Shown: piece by piece, positions 18,738 to 27,897 of the stretch
Position numbering within the stretch: the stretch's first letter is position 1
How the letters are laid out: the number at the start of each line of letters is the position of its first letter
DNA from: a virus
Lineage: Duplodnaviria > Caudoviricetes
Length of the DNA stretch: 47,303 nucleotides
Reading direction: 5' to 3' (one strand)
Virus record (IMG/VR): IMGVR_UViG_3300005404_000001
Span: 1 to 47,303 of that record
Translations under genes and position numbers: made by a program
The notes under the pieces: model-generated
Databases searched by the model: none
Seen by the model: the letters and a program-made list of their open reading frames with translations, nothing else
Told to the model about the DNA's origin: nothing

Positions 18738-19798
18738 GCACTAATCCGAGTGCAAATCCAGATATAAATAATCATATTGAAAGCCTAGGTTTAGACCCGG
18801 CTGACTATGATATATTGGATCCAGTTGAAGTAAGAAGTTGGGATACCAATATGGGTAACCATGTTGAACGCCTACATTATTATAAACTTCGGTTGATGAA
18901 AAAGACGCCAATGGACCCAGATGTATTTGATGATTTGGTCAAGCTAATAAAAAATGATAAACCCAAACCTAAACTACCTAAAGGTAATGAAACTTTTGTG
19001 GTAGCCCTAGCTGATTGGCAGTTAGGTAAATCGGATGGTGGGGGTACAAAAGAAGTAATTAAAAAGGTTAATCAAATGATAGTTGATGTCCAGCAACAAG
19101 TTAAAGACCTAAGAAAAACTGGCCACAAGATAGATGAATTATATATTGTGGGGTTAGGGGATTTAGTTGAAGGTTGCGATGGTCACTATGATATGCAAAC
19201 CTTTAGTGTTGATTTGGATATGAGAAGTCAAGTAAGGTTAGCATGGCAATTACTAATTAAGATAGTAAAGGCTTGGGCACCTTTGTTTAACAAGGTAACC
19301 ATAGCTTGTGTGCCAGGTAATCATGGGGAGGTAAGAAAAAATGGTAGAGCATTTACAACCTTCGGTGATAACTGGGATATCCATGTATTTGAAATACTAG
19401 AGGCGGTCATAGCCGAGAACAAACAAGCCTACAAACATGTAAGGTTTGATATACCCGATGATGAACTGGTAGTGGTGACTGATATAAGAGGAAAGAAATG
19501 TGTCTTTGCTCATGGCCATCAATTCCGAAGTGGAGGTACTAACTCTTTTGCTAAACAACAGAAGTGGTTGGCTTTACAATCATTAGCTAAATTAAAAGCG
19601 GATGGTTGTGATATATTATTGTCGGGCCATTACCACCACTTATCAATAGTACAAGAATACAATACCCTATTCCTTCAAGCACCTTCAATAGATGGTGGTA
19701 GTAGATGGGCCGAGAATACACATGCTTTGATTTCGGATCCCGGAACCTTGACATTTGTGGTAGGGAACAATACAATATCTAATATGGAGGTTATATAA
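18668..19798 (+). CDS. calcineurin-like metallophosphoesterase (start uncertain)
   Basis: ADWQLG, GLGDLVE, PGNHG, AHGH, GHYHH metal-binding motifs. Confidence 0.85.
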   Translation: MGTAVRLRWTRRYSISSDERADLSTNPSANPDINNHIESLGLDPADYDILDPVEVRSWDTNMGNHVERLHYYKLRLMKKTPMDPDVFDDLVKLIKNDKPKPKLPKGNETFVVALADWQLGKSDGGGTKEVIKKVNQMIVDVQQQVKDLRKTGHKIDELYIVGLGDLVEGCDGHYDMQTFSVDLDMRSQVRLAWQLLIKIVKAWAPLFNKVTIACVPGNHGEVRKNGRAFTTFGDNWDIHVFEILEAVIAENKQAYKHVRFDIPDDELVVVTDIRGKKCVFAHGHQFRSGGTNSFAKQQKWLALQSLAKLKADGCDILLSGHYHHLSIVQEYNTLFLQAPSIDGGSRWAENTHALISDPGTLTFVVGNNTISNMEVI

Positions 19799-19800
19799 AT

Positions 19801-19986
19801 ATGGACTATAAAGACCTAGCAGAAAAAACAATCTGGACATTTGTCGAGGCTTTTATTTCTGCTCTTACAGTCGCACCTTTAGTTGGAGTGGACGCTGACG
19901 CAGTTCAGTTGGCCGCTTTATCTGGTGGTGCTGCCGCTTTAGTGGTAATTAAAGAGTTTGCTAAAACCAAAATAGCTACTCCTTAA
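19801..19986 (+). CDS. holin (r1t-like)
   Basis: DLAEKTIWTFVEAF plus two hydrophobic segments; GGAGG RBS. Confidence 0.65.
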   Translation: MDYKDLAEKTIWTFVEAFISALTVAPLVGVDADAVQLAALSGGAAALVVIKEFAKTKIATP

Positions 19987-20039
19987 TGAAATATAAAGCA
20001 AAGAAAAAGAAAAAAAGTAAGAAAAAGAAAAGGTACTAA
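19986..20039 (+). CDS. 17-aa Lys-rich micro-ORF MKYKAKKKKKSKKKKRY
   Basis: TAATG-coupled to the holin; fills the gap between the convergent arms. Confidence 0.35.
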   Translation: MKYKAKKKKKSKKKKRY

Positions 20040-20329
20040 AGTCCGTGGTGTTCTAGTATTTCTATAGCCTCATCTGGTGTATAGATAACTGCTGAAATAC
20101 CACCGGCATTAGATACCTTCTCTAAAAAATATTTCTGTCGTGGGCTTAGTTTGTGGTTACCGTCAATTCGTTTGACTTCAAATGCCACAAACCGTCCATG
20201 AATACAACCAATAATATCTGATATACCTGCACCTTGTTGTGCAGAACCATGAACTTTAATCCACACACCACCTCTATCTCTTAACTCTTTTAGGATGGCT
20301 CTATGAACTACGCTTTCTCTTGCACCCAT
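20036..20329 (-). CDS. VRR-NUC domain nuclease / Holliday junction resolvase
   Basis: RES..., GISDII, AFEVKR, LSPRQ motifs. Confidence 0.85.
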   Translation of the reverse strand: MGARESVVHRAILKELRDRGGVWIKVHGSAQQGAGISDIIGCIHGRFVAFEVKRIDGNHKLSPRQKYFLEKVSNAGGISAVIYTPDEAIEILEHHGL

Positions 20330-20802
20330 TTAGGTATCTCCCTCTTAGTATATTTGAGTAGGTGTTTCTTATGAACATTATAGTAGGCTCGGTATGATAA
20401 CAAAGCACTACGGTTATTCTTAACATCATCAGGCATAGCTAAAACTGGTTTAGTCATTGGCTGGGGTAGTATATTTTTAGGTAAATGTCTTAATGCCTCA
20501 AGTAATCTTGTTTCGGTTTTATGTATCTTTTCATAACGGTAAGTGTATTCGGCACACAAAGCACGCCATAGTTTAAAGGTGTAATCATAGTTGCCACTTG
20601 TTTGTCTTATCCATTTACCACATGGGTGATTAATATAACAAGCCTTATATAAAATATCATTTTCGTATGGTGCTATATCATCAAGGATCCGATGAGCGGT
20701 ACTCATTAGCTGGGCGTATTCTAAAATCATCTTAACCACATGCTTATCATTATGAGCCATAGCACATTTAACAGGGTCTTTATCTAGGTAAAAAATATTC
20801 AT
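20308..20802 (-). CDS. pyrimidine dimer DNA glycosylase family (DenV-like)
   Basis: MNIFYLD...DKHVVKMILEYAQL...NHPC..W...EYTYRY.K.H...YRAYY. Confidence 0.8.
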   Translation of the reverse strand: MNIFYLDKDPVKCAMAHNDKHVVKMILEYAQLMSTAHRILDDIAPYENDILYKACYINHPCGKWIRQTSGNYDYTFKLWRALCAEYTYRYEKIHKTETRLLEALRHLPKNILPQPMTKPVLAMPDDVKNNRSALLSYRAYYNVHKKHLLKYTKREIPKWVQEKA

Positions 20803-20813
20803 TAACTCTCCTT

Positions 20814-20856
20814 AAAAAAATAGAGTGGTATGTCTTGGCGCCTGACATACCACTCT
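20814..20856 (-). terminator. intrinsic terminator downstream of the SSB gene
   Basis: 13-bp perfect stem AGAGTGGTATGTC/GACATACCACTCT with T7 tract on the - strand. Confidence 0.75.
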
Positions 20857-20888
20857 TTATTGCTACGAGAGAGGAGGTAGCAATCTAA

Positions 20889-21365
20889 TTATAACTCAAT
20901 ACTGTTGGTTGTGTCAACCGCAGTTTCGGTTTTAACCTCAGATGATTGAAGTAAATTACGGCTAAAGACATCATTTATTTCTGACCTCTTTTGCCCATTG
21001 TATTCACCATCAACGATGGCTACTGCACATTGTCTTCCTTCTAATCTATCTAAAGGTATATCCATAGCACCTGAGCCTGCTACTTCTACTCCACATGCCT
21101 CTAAAGTATTTCTAAAATTCCATAGAGATTGTGGAAGTAAGACAGTATTATACCAAAATCTTGCGCCGGTATAATCTCCGCCTTCTAATTCAAAAGTCCA
21201 AACAACCATCGGGTTACCTGCTTTAGAAGTTTCAGCTTTTGCCTCTACTACTTTAGCTGGGTAATTACCTTCAGGTATAACGGGCTTTCTGGTTTTACTT
21301 TCAACTCCTGTGAAGTCAACCTTAATTTGACTTTCACTTTGGATATTGACTTTACCTTCACTCAT
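20889..21365 (-). CDS. single-stranded DNA-binding protein (DUF669-like)
   Basis: IPEGNY...SKAGNPM...GEYNG motif; adjacent to the Sak4-like ATPase. Confidence 0.75.
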   Translation of the reverse strand: MSEGKVNIQSESQIKVDFTGVESKTRKPVIPEGNYPAKVVEAKAETSKAGNPMVVWTFELEGGDYTGARFWYNTVLLPQSLWNFRNTLEACGVEVAGSGAMDIPLDRLEGRQCAVAIVDGEYNGQKRSEINDVFSRNLLQSSEVKTETAVDTTNSIEL

Positions 21366-22166
21366 TTATTTACCTCCCAGTTTTTTGAGTAATTTAGGAA
21401 CGGTCACATCTTTTGCCCAGTTAGGCAATACTTGTTCGTCCCCAGTGGTTAATCTCTCACCTACTAATGACTTCGCACTTCTAAATTCCATACCATATTC
21501 TAATGGTGGGTCTTGAGTAAGTGGTGCGTTAGCTGGTAAGTCACCTTCTCTTACAAAGGTTCTAGCAATTATGTCTGGCATTTCACATAGCGTAGACCTA
21601 ATTGCTGGTGATACATCTGGAACGATGTCGGGACCAGCGGCGTTGCTATCCTCTTTTAAGTATCGTTCTTGTGCCAAATATATCAAGTGCATACCTTGAG
21701 TTCTACATACCGCAGATAACTCTTCCATAAACTCGTTCATGGATTGAGATAATCTACCCCAACTTTGCATAGTTGGATTGTTTGGCATGCGTTCTGTATC
21801 TCGGCTTTCCTCATCTTTTAGAATATACCTCATACATGTTCTTGCCAAAGCGGTGACTGTATCTACCACAACAGTTTTTCTATCATGGTCTGCATACTTA
21901 AGGTAATACAAAAAGTCATAGGCACTAGACCATTGAACTTTTGTAGGTTTGCCTTTCTTATCAACTGGAAACAGTTGAAGGTCAGGCACATCTCGAACTG
22001 TCATGACACCAGGCTCAGCCATAAATAAGATTGGTTTTGGACCAGAACAAGCAAATCTAGTCTTGCCTGTTTTCTGTCTGCCATAGACCGTCATGTGTAA
22101 TGTCTGGTCTATCTTATCTACGGGAGATACTTGCGACATGATTTCGGCTAATCTAGCCTCGTCCAT
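21366..22166 (-). CDS. AAA_24 / Sak4-like ssDNA-annealing ATPase
   Basis: Walker A YGRQKTGKT, Walker B VVVDT. Confidence 0.8.
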   Translation of the reverse strand: MDEARLAEIMSQVSPVDKIDQTLHMTVYGRQKTGKTRFACSGPKPILFMAEPGVMTVRDVPDLQLFPVDKKGKPTKVQWSSAYDFLYYLKYADHDRKTVVVDTVTALARTCMRYILKDEESRDTERMPNNPTMQSWGRLSQSMNEFMEELSAVCRTQGMHLIYLAQERYLKEDSNAAGPDIVPDVSPAIRSTLCEMPDIIARTFVREGDLPANAPLTQDPPLEYGMEFRSAKSLVGERLTTGDEQVLPNWAKDVTVPKLLKKLGGK

Positions 22167-23121
22167 TTCTTACCTCCTTGGGTTTATACTTCTGTTTTCT
22201 TATTTGGTTAGCTTGTGGGGATCCTAACAATTCAGCATTACATAAATCCTGAAACGAACAATCCCAATCACATGCTTTACCTAGAACACGATAATAAGCC
22301 AATTCATCTCGGCTATCCATGAAGTTAATAACTTCTGCGGTAGCCAACAATTCTTGTATCATTGTGTCCGTAAGTAATTTTGGTTTAGCGATAGTTATCC
22401 TCTTATAAAAGTTGGAACTATTCTGCAAACTCTCTAACCAATGGGTTAGTTCATCTGTCATTTCCAAATCATTTTCCTCGATAAATTCTTTCAAGGTTAA
22501 ATAATCGGTCTCTATCTTTACCTTAGACATACGACCTGACTTGGTCATACGCGGTTTAGTAGGTGGTTTGGTACGGATATAGTTAAAGATAAACTGGTCA
22601 ACATTTATACCAAGTTTCTTTAACGCCCACAAATATAATGTGGATTGTATATCTGTATTACGCCACTCTGTATCTGGTAAAGTCTTGTTAGACTTATGGT
22701 CCCAGACACTTACCATACCGTTTCGTTTGTCTTGGACAATCATGTCTGGCTTAAACTTAAACTTAAGCTGGTCATTTATATCCACTTCAAACTCTTCCTC
22801 TACAGAAATTATCTCAAGGTTCTTATCTTCCTCTTCCCATTGATACATATAGCCGTTCATAAGTCTAGCCGATATACCTGGCAAATCTCCGTAGTGTTCT
22901 TTTTCCTCTGTCATTAACCCATTAAATTTGTGTGTTAGGTCGGCATAAGTTTCCAACCAATCATCACCTTTGTAATGAGTTTCTAAAAGAGAGTGGATCC
23001 AATTACCCAACGCTAATGGTAATGACTTACGCTTAGCCTCAAGTTGTTGGATATATTTATACTCATACTGTTTAGGACATCGCCTAAAAGTCTTGAGTTT
23101 GGATTGCGATATTGTAATCAC
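22153..23121 (-). CDS. PD-(D/E)XK exonuclease (Cas4/RecB-like)
   Basis: ISQSKL..RCP, GNWIH, KPD...DHKS, Q...Y, C-terminal CDWDCSFQDLC. Confidence 0.85.
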   Translation of the reverse strand: MITISQSKLKTFRRCPKQYEYKYIQQLEAKRKSLPLALGNWIHSLLETHYKGDDWLETYADLTHKFNGLMTEEKEHYGDLPGISARLMNGYMYQWEEEDKNLEIISVEEEFEVDINDQLKFKFKPDMIVQDKRNGMVSVWDHKSNKTLPDTEWRNTDIQSTLYLWALKKLGINVDQFIFNYIRTKPPTKPRMTKSGRMSKVKIETDYLTLKEFIEENDLEMTDELTHWLESLQNSSNFYKRITIAKPKLLTDTMIQELLATAEVINFMDSRDELAYYRVLGKACDWDCSFQDLCNAELLGSPQANQIRKQKYKPKEVRNGRG

Positions 23122-23140
23122 TACTCTCCTCCTCTAATGA

Positions 23141-23149
23141 ATTATAACA
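23141..23149 (-). promoter_or_regulatory. extended -10 promoter (TGnTATAAT) for the recombination genes
   Basis: - strand TGTTATAAT ~20 nt upstream of the GTG start, followed by GAGGAG. Confidence 0.5.
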
Positions 23150-23160
23150 TAACTGGTTAG

Positions 23161-25011
23161 TTATTCAAGAACTAAATCCTCTGCACCTTCAGACCACCAT
23201 TGACCAACTTTAAAATCCACAGTCAAAGGTACTGATAATTTAAATGGTTGATAGTAAGATAGGTCAGGGTTTTCCATTACTTGTTTAATCTCATTTAACC
23301 TAGTAAGTAAATCCTCATCATTTTTAATTAAGAATAAAATGGAATCATGAACTGTACCAATAAGTTCAACACCTTTATTATCCTTGTATTTTTTATCTAA
23401 TTCTTTTAAGGACATTAACATAAAGTCGCTGGCTAATGATTGGACTGGTGAGTTGATTGCTTGGCGTTCTGCTTGTGCCCTAAAGTATTCATTACTGGAA
23501 TCTATATCGGGCAAATGTCTTACTCTACCAAGCGGGTTCATTACCCAGCCTTTTCTACGAACCATTTGTCTTTGTTGTTCATGCCAATCAACTAATGTAG
23601 GATAAGTCTGAAAGAATTTCCTACGAGTATCTTGTGCCTCATCAAGAGTTATCTTTAGACCAAAATTATCTCTGGCATACATTTGAAACTTCTCGGCACC
23701 CATACCATAAACAAAACCAAAGTTAACCGCTTTAGCTTTCTTTCTCTCTTCCGCCTCAGGTTCTACTTTACCTGTCATCGCTTGAGCAGTTAAGGTATGT
23801 ATATCTTGACCTTCATTGTATGCTTTAACTAAAGCCTCATCTCTTGAATAGTGAGCTACCAACCTTAACTCTACTTGTGAATAATCAACCTCAACTACTT
23901 TGTATCCCTCAATACCGCCAATAAGACCTCTAATAAAAGTATCTCTTGGTACTTGTTGTAGGTTGGGGTCAGCACAAGAGAGCCGGCCGGTAACCGTATG
24001 AAATGGTTTATAACTTGGGTGTAGCCTATAATTTTTATCTAATCGTTGGGCCCAGTTATTAAAATATCTTGACCTATAGCCTGCCCATTTACGATACTCT
24101 AAAATATTATTAACCACTCCGCTCTCATCAATATCTCTTAGGCGCAGTAATACGGATTCAGCAGTTGAGGGATTACCAGTTTTAGTAGCCTCAAGTATAG
24201 GCAAACCTAAATCTTTATATAATACCTTACCAAGTTGTTGCACACTTCTAGGATTAAACTCACCAACCATATTAAATAAATCATTTTCTTTTTGGTCAAT
24301 AATAAATTCAGTTTCCTCTAAGCGTTCATCAAATTTATCCATGTCTATAGGCATACCAGTTATTTCCATATCAGCTAAGGCTTTATAAGCTGGCATAAGA
24401 ACATCATAAAACATGGTGTTTGATATATGCCTTGCTAACCCTAGATTACCACCAATTATCTGGCGTTGTTGTTCCCAGATTTGATAGGTGTATATAACAT
24501 CTAAGGCACCATACTCTACAAGCTGATTGAAAGGTGTAATGTAGGGATCCTTATATTCTTTTAATAAGTATTTCCATGGTTCTACACCAAGATATTTTAT
24601 GGCCAGAGTTTCTAAATCTTTCTTTAGGTTCTCATCGATAATATACTCGGCACCCATAGTATCATAACTTGGAAACCAATCTAGATTGTATGCCGTCTTT
24701 AATGCCTTGTAATCAAACTTACCGTTTTGCATTATCCAGTATTTAACATACGGGCCTAATGCCGCATAACACATCTGCCAAACACCTTCTTGTAATTGTC
24801 TTTCGTATTCGGCATGATTAATAGGTATCACATAAGCAGTTTCACCATCAAAGGTAACCTGAACGGTCACAATCTTAAACGATGGATTAGTAAAATCGCC
24901 TAGGTTTTTCTTATCATCAGTTGTGGTTTCGACATCGAGTGCGGCACACTCTTTCATGTTGGCTTTCATTTCCATCACTTGTGCAGTGGTGGTTACTACT
25001 ACCGTTTTCAT
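23161..25011 (-). CDS. polA: family A DNA polymerase with 3'-5' exonuclease
   Basis: LDVET, NGKFD, TGRLS..PNLQQ, DYSQVELR, RKKAKAVNFGFVYG, VHDS. Confidence 0.95.
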   Translation of the reverse strand: MKTVVVTTTAQVMEMKANMKECAALDVETTTDDKKNLGDFTNPSFKIVTVQVTFDGETAYVIPINHAEYERQLQEGVWQMCYAALGPYVKYWIMQNGKFDYKALKTAYNLDWFPSYDTMGAEYIIDENLKKDLETLAIKYLGVEPWKYLLKEYKDPYITPFNQLVEYGALDVIYTYQIWEQQRQIIGGNLGLARHISNTMFYDVLMPAYKALADMEITGMPIDMDKFDERLEETEFIIDQKENDLFNMVGEFNPRSVQQLGKVLYKDLGLPILEATKTGNPSTAESVLLRLRDIDESGVVNNILEYRKWAGYRSRYFNNWAQRLDKNYRLHPSYKPFHTVTGRLSCADPNLQQVPRDTFIRGLIGGIEGYKVVEVDYSQVELRLVAHYSRDEALVKAYNEGQDIHTLTAQAMTGKVEPEAEERKKAKAVNFGFVYGMGAEKFQMYARDNFGLKITLDEAQDTRRKFFQTYPTLVDWHEQQRQMVRRKGWVMNPLGRVRHLPDIDSSNEYFRAQAERQAINSPVQSLASDFMLMSLKELDKKYKDNKGVELIGTVHDSILFLIKNDEDLLTRLNEIKQVMENPDLSYYQPFKLSVPLTVDFKVGQWWSEGAEDLVLE

Positions 25012-25012
25012 T

Positions 25013-25726
25013 TTAGAATATTCCTTTCATGTCCTTCGCAAAGCCATGTAATGAAAATATTGTATGGCTAAATGAACCTAACTCTACCGGTTCTTTAACA
25101 GAATTTTTTAATGCCTGTATAATAGCGTCACCATAAGCAATAGCTAGGATAACATCTTTAGCCCAGTGCTTATAAAAATCACAAGACCTCATAACATAGT
25201 GCATGTGGAGTTTGTAATTCCTCATCATGAAGTGATAACCAAGAGAACAAGGTACACGATTACCTTTATCTCTGTTTATATAGTCCTCATGATTCCACCA
25301 AATCGGTACCCATAATTGTCTGCTTTCTGGGTTCTTAATAAGGTGTCTAGTAATTGCCTCAACATTACCTTCTAATCTCTCAGGGTATGCGTAAGCAAAT
25401 TTACCATCCTCATGTAAAAATTGTGACCAGTATTCCTCATCATTTTTATAAGCATTACCAGGATTAGCACCTGTTGTTAGCCTCTCTTGCAATTCCTCTT
25501 TAAGATAATTGCCATCAAGATTTTTCAATCCCCATTGCCAAGTATCGTTCATAATGGTTTTGCTACTTATACTATAGGAATAGTTTATCAATTCATGGGT
25601 GAGATAATCTGGATCCTTAGATACATCTTTATCTTGCACCGAATTGGATTGGTAAACTACTGCTAGTTCTTTTAGGTCTCGGCTAATCTCGTTCTTAGCC
25701 TCCTCTAAAGTGTGGTAGTATCTCAT
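25013..25726 (-). CDS. thymidylate-synthase-fold enzyme, dCMP hydroxymethylase-like
   Basis: VPCS catalytic Cys; RSCDFYKHWAKD places Asp where ThyA has Asn177 (RSCDVFLGLPFN). Confidence 0.8.
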   Translation of the reverse strand: MRYYHTLEEAKNEISRDLKELAVVYQSNSVQDKDVSKDPDYLTHELINYSYSISSKTIMNDTWQWGLKNLDGNYLKEELQERLTTGANPGNAYKNDEEYWSQFLHEDGKFAYAYPERLEGNVEAITRHLIKNPESRQLWVPIWWNHEDYINRDKGNRVPCSLGYHFMMRNYKLHMHYVMRSCDFYKHWAKDVILAIAYGDAIIQALKNSVKEPVELGSFSHTIFSLHGFAKDMKGIF

Positions 25727-25845
25727 CTATCCTCCTCGTTTTTTACTTTAATTATTCTGGCCTCAGTATAGACTAGGATATCGGTTAGTTGTTCTAAACT
25801 ATCGACCTTGTCTATCTCCTTTAGCCACTCGTATGTTGTTCTCAT
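25723..25845 (-). CDS. 40-aa hypothetical between the two TS-fold genes, absent from the track
   Basis: GAGG RBS; MRTTYEWLKEIDKVDSLEQLTDILVYTEARII...; ATGA overlap with 25726. Confidence 0.55.
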   Translation of the reverse strand: MRTTYEWLKEIDKVDSLEQLTDILVYTEARIIKVKNEEDR

Positions 25846-25913
25846 GGATTAACCTCTTTCTACAGTCCTCACAAATGGGACTGGCATTAATACCTTTATA
25901 ACTTAAACACCTA

Positions 25914-26762
25914 CTACATATCATAATCTACTCCTAAGCCTTCTAACTTAGAGAAGTCAAGGTCATTGATTACATTAGGCGGTCGTAGAATACCGTTGTT
26001 TGAGTTGTACCAAATCTGTCTTACTCTACGAAGTGGCCCATATAATTCATCATCGATAGGCTTACCTTGTTTCTCATATCTTAAAACCATCTCATGCCAC
26101 TTCTGTATGCGAAGGGCAGTTGGTGTTTCTAATCTTAGCACATAATCCAAAAGATTTCTATGTGCATATAACCAAGGTAAAGTTTTAAAAGCATGGACTT
26201 GACTTACATCAATTTTCCATATCAAACCTATGTCTGATAACCGTTCTCTACCAGCTATATACTTGGCTAAGACAGTAGCTAAACCAATGTCAAGACCAGA
26301 TATATAACCCATGTAGGTGACACGGCTATGAAACACGAGGGTAGGTTTAATGTGTGAATCCACTTGTCCTCTATAACTAGCGGATAACAGACAGTTACCC
26401 CATTTGTGTTTCTTAGCCGACCTTTTGTTTGACTTAAATTGCATTTCGGTGACTACACCGTCTTTGCCTCTCTTATTATATATCTCACGAGAGGCTTTGA
26501 CAAATCTTGTCACCAGTTCAGGGTCTAGGTAAGAGCGAACTAAGTTAGTCCATCGTGCTTGGGTAAACCACAAATCTCTACCTATATCAAACTCGTTAGC
26601 CAGACTATCACAAATTAACTGGACATCATATAAGTTAGTGCCAATGGACATATCATGTTCGACTGTTGGTCTAGCGATATGTGCCATAGTAGCAACTTCC
26701 ATTAATTGACTTGCGTCCGTTAAATAGATGGTCTTGCTATCATCATTTAAGCCTAATTGCAT
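25914..26762 (-). CDS. second, divergent thymidylate-synthase-fold protein (putative)
   Basis: WGNCLLS...PTLVFHSRVTYMGYISGLD parallels the TS Cys...RSxD...G...D layout; cassette context. Confidence 0.5.
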   Translation of the reverse strand: MQLGLNDDSKTIYLTDASQLMEVATMAHIARPTVEHDMSIGTNLYDVQLICDSLANEFDIGRDLWFTQARWTNLVRSYLDPELVTRFVKASREIYNKRGKDGVVTEMQFKSNKRSAKKHKWGNCLLSASYRGQVDSHIKPTLVFHSRVTYMGYISGLDIGLATVLAKYIAGRERLSDIGLIWKIDVSQVHAFKTLPWLYAHRNLLDYVLRLETPTALRIQKWHEMVLRYEKQGKPIDDELYGPLRRVRQIWYNSNNGILRPPNVINDLDFSKLEGLGVDYDM

Positions 26763-26763
26763 T

Positions 26764-27213
26764 TTAGTACCCGCTATTCTGCCTGAATTTATTTACTTCC
26801 GCTTTTCGGAAATAGTAATTGGCAAATTCTTTGGCGTCAAAGCCACTTACTATTAATAATTCCAAAAAGAAATGAAAGGTATCTGCTAACTCTTCCTTAT
26901 AGTGGGTCTCATCAGTAGCCACTTCATCTTGTTTCCATGGCTTATTCTTAAGACAATTAGTTGCCTCAGATAATTCCTCTACTACTCGGTATGCACACTC
27001 CTTTAATCTGGACTGAACATTTCTTAAATCTAGTTCGCCAAATTGGTCTGGCTCTACTACATTAGCACCGTTCTTTTTCTCTATGGATTCATATTTCTCC
27101 ATCAATTCAGTTTGCCTATTAAACATAGCCATGAGAACATTACCGGATCCCTCGCTATAGTGTTTAATAACTCCTTCTAAATCAATTTCCGAAAAGTCAT
27201 TTACATTAACCAT
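26764..27213 (-). CDS. all-alpha NTP pyrophosphatase (MazG / dimeric dUTPase-dCTPase)
   Basis: VEELSEA...KPWK...EELADTFHFF. Confidence 0.85.
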   Translation of the reverse strand: MVNVNDFSEIDLEGVIKHYSEGSGNVLMAMFNRQTELMEKYESIEKKNGANVVEPDQFGELDLRNVQSRLKECAYRVVEELSEATNCLKNKPWKQDEVATDETHYKEELADTFHFFLELLIVSGFDAKEFANYYFRKAEVNKFRQNSGY

Positions 27214-27856
27214 CGATTAATTTATCTCCTTTGTAAAGCAAATCATCTGGCCAAGTAAATGGCATAGTGATTGGCTCTACGCTATAATACCTTTTACGGT
27301 ATCGGTTTAAGTGTTGTTTAACATAGCCTTCTACAAACTCGGCACTACTGCCGTTGTAATCGTATGGTGCTACATTAAATTGGTTATGGGTGTCATCTTG
27401 TGTATTAAAGGACACATCTAATAACCTATACATTAAGGCATAAGACATAACCAGCATATCATTTTTTAAAGAAGTGTCGCTACCATCAGGTGTAAGTTCT
27501 ACACCCTCGTTAATAGCACCGTTCTGCATACAAAATAGGATTTGTGTAAAATCCATGTGTTGCTTAAGTGATTGCCACTCTCTAAGAAAGTCGCGGTTTC
27601 TTATCTTGCCCTGTCTATATATACTAGCGTAGATAGGCTCAGATATTTCTGGCGTTCTATCTAGGATATACAATCTACCATCTTGTTCTTCATCGTAGTA
27701 ATGGTCTACTGCCCAAGATGACCAGTTATCGTCCCAATCTGTGGAGACACTGGCAGGGGATTTAATGATATAACAACTCTCTGGACCAAGCCATGTTTGT
27801 ATGGCGTTAGCAAGAGTTGATTTGCCCGAGTTATCCGGGCCTTCGAGTATTATCAT
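27206..27856 (-). CDS. deoxynucleoside monophosphate kinase (thymidylate-kinase-like)
   Basis: IILEGPDNSGKST P-loop; ILDR..ISE.IY. Confidence 0.85.
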   Translation of the reverse strand: MIILEGPDNSGKSTLANAIQTWLGPESCYIIKSPASVSTDWDDNWSSWAVDHYYDEEQDGRLYILDRTPEISEPIYASIYRQGKIRNRDFLREWQSLKQHMDFTQILFCMQNGAINEGVELTPDGSDTSLKNDMLVMSYALMYRLLDVSFNTQDDTHNQFNVAPYDYNGSSAEFVEGYVKQHLNRYRKRYYSVEPITMPFTWPDDLLYKGDKLIDG

Positions 27857-27897
27857 TTATACTATCCTCCTCTTATTTATTCTCTTATTTAATTGTA

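Noticed and set aside
22153-23121. Cas4-like gene as part of a CRISPR system
   Set aside because: No array or other cas genes; it sits in a standard exonuclease-Sak4-SSB module.
25013-25726. Ordinary thyA
   Set aside because: The specificity residue is Asp rather than Asn, and the context matches a base-modification cassette.
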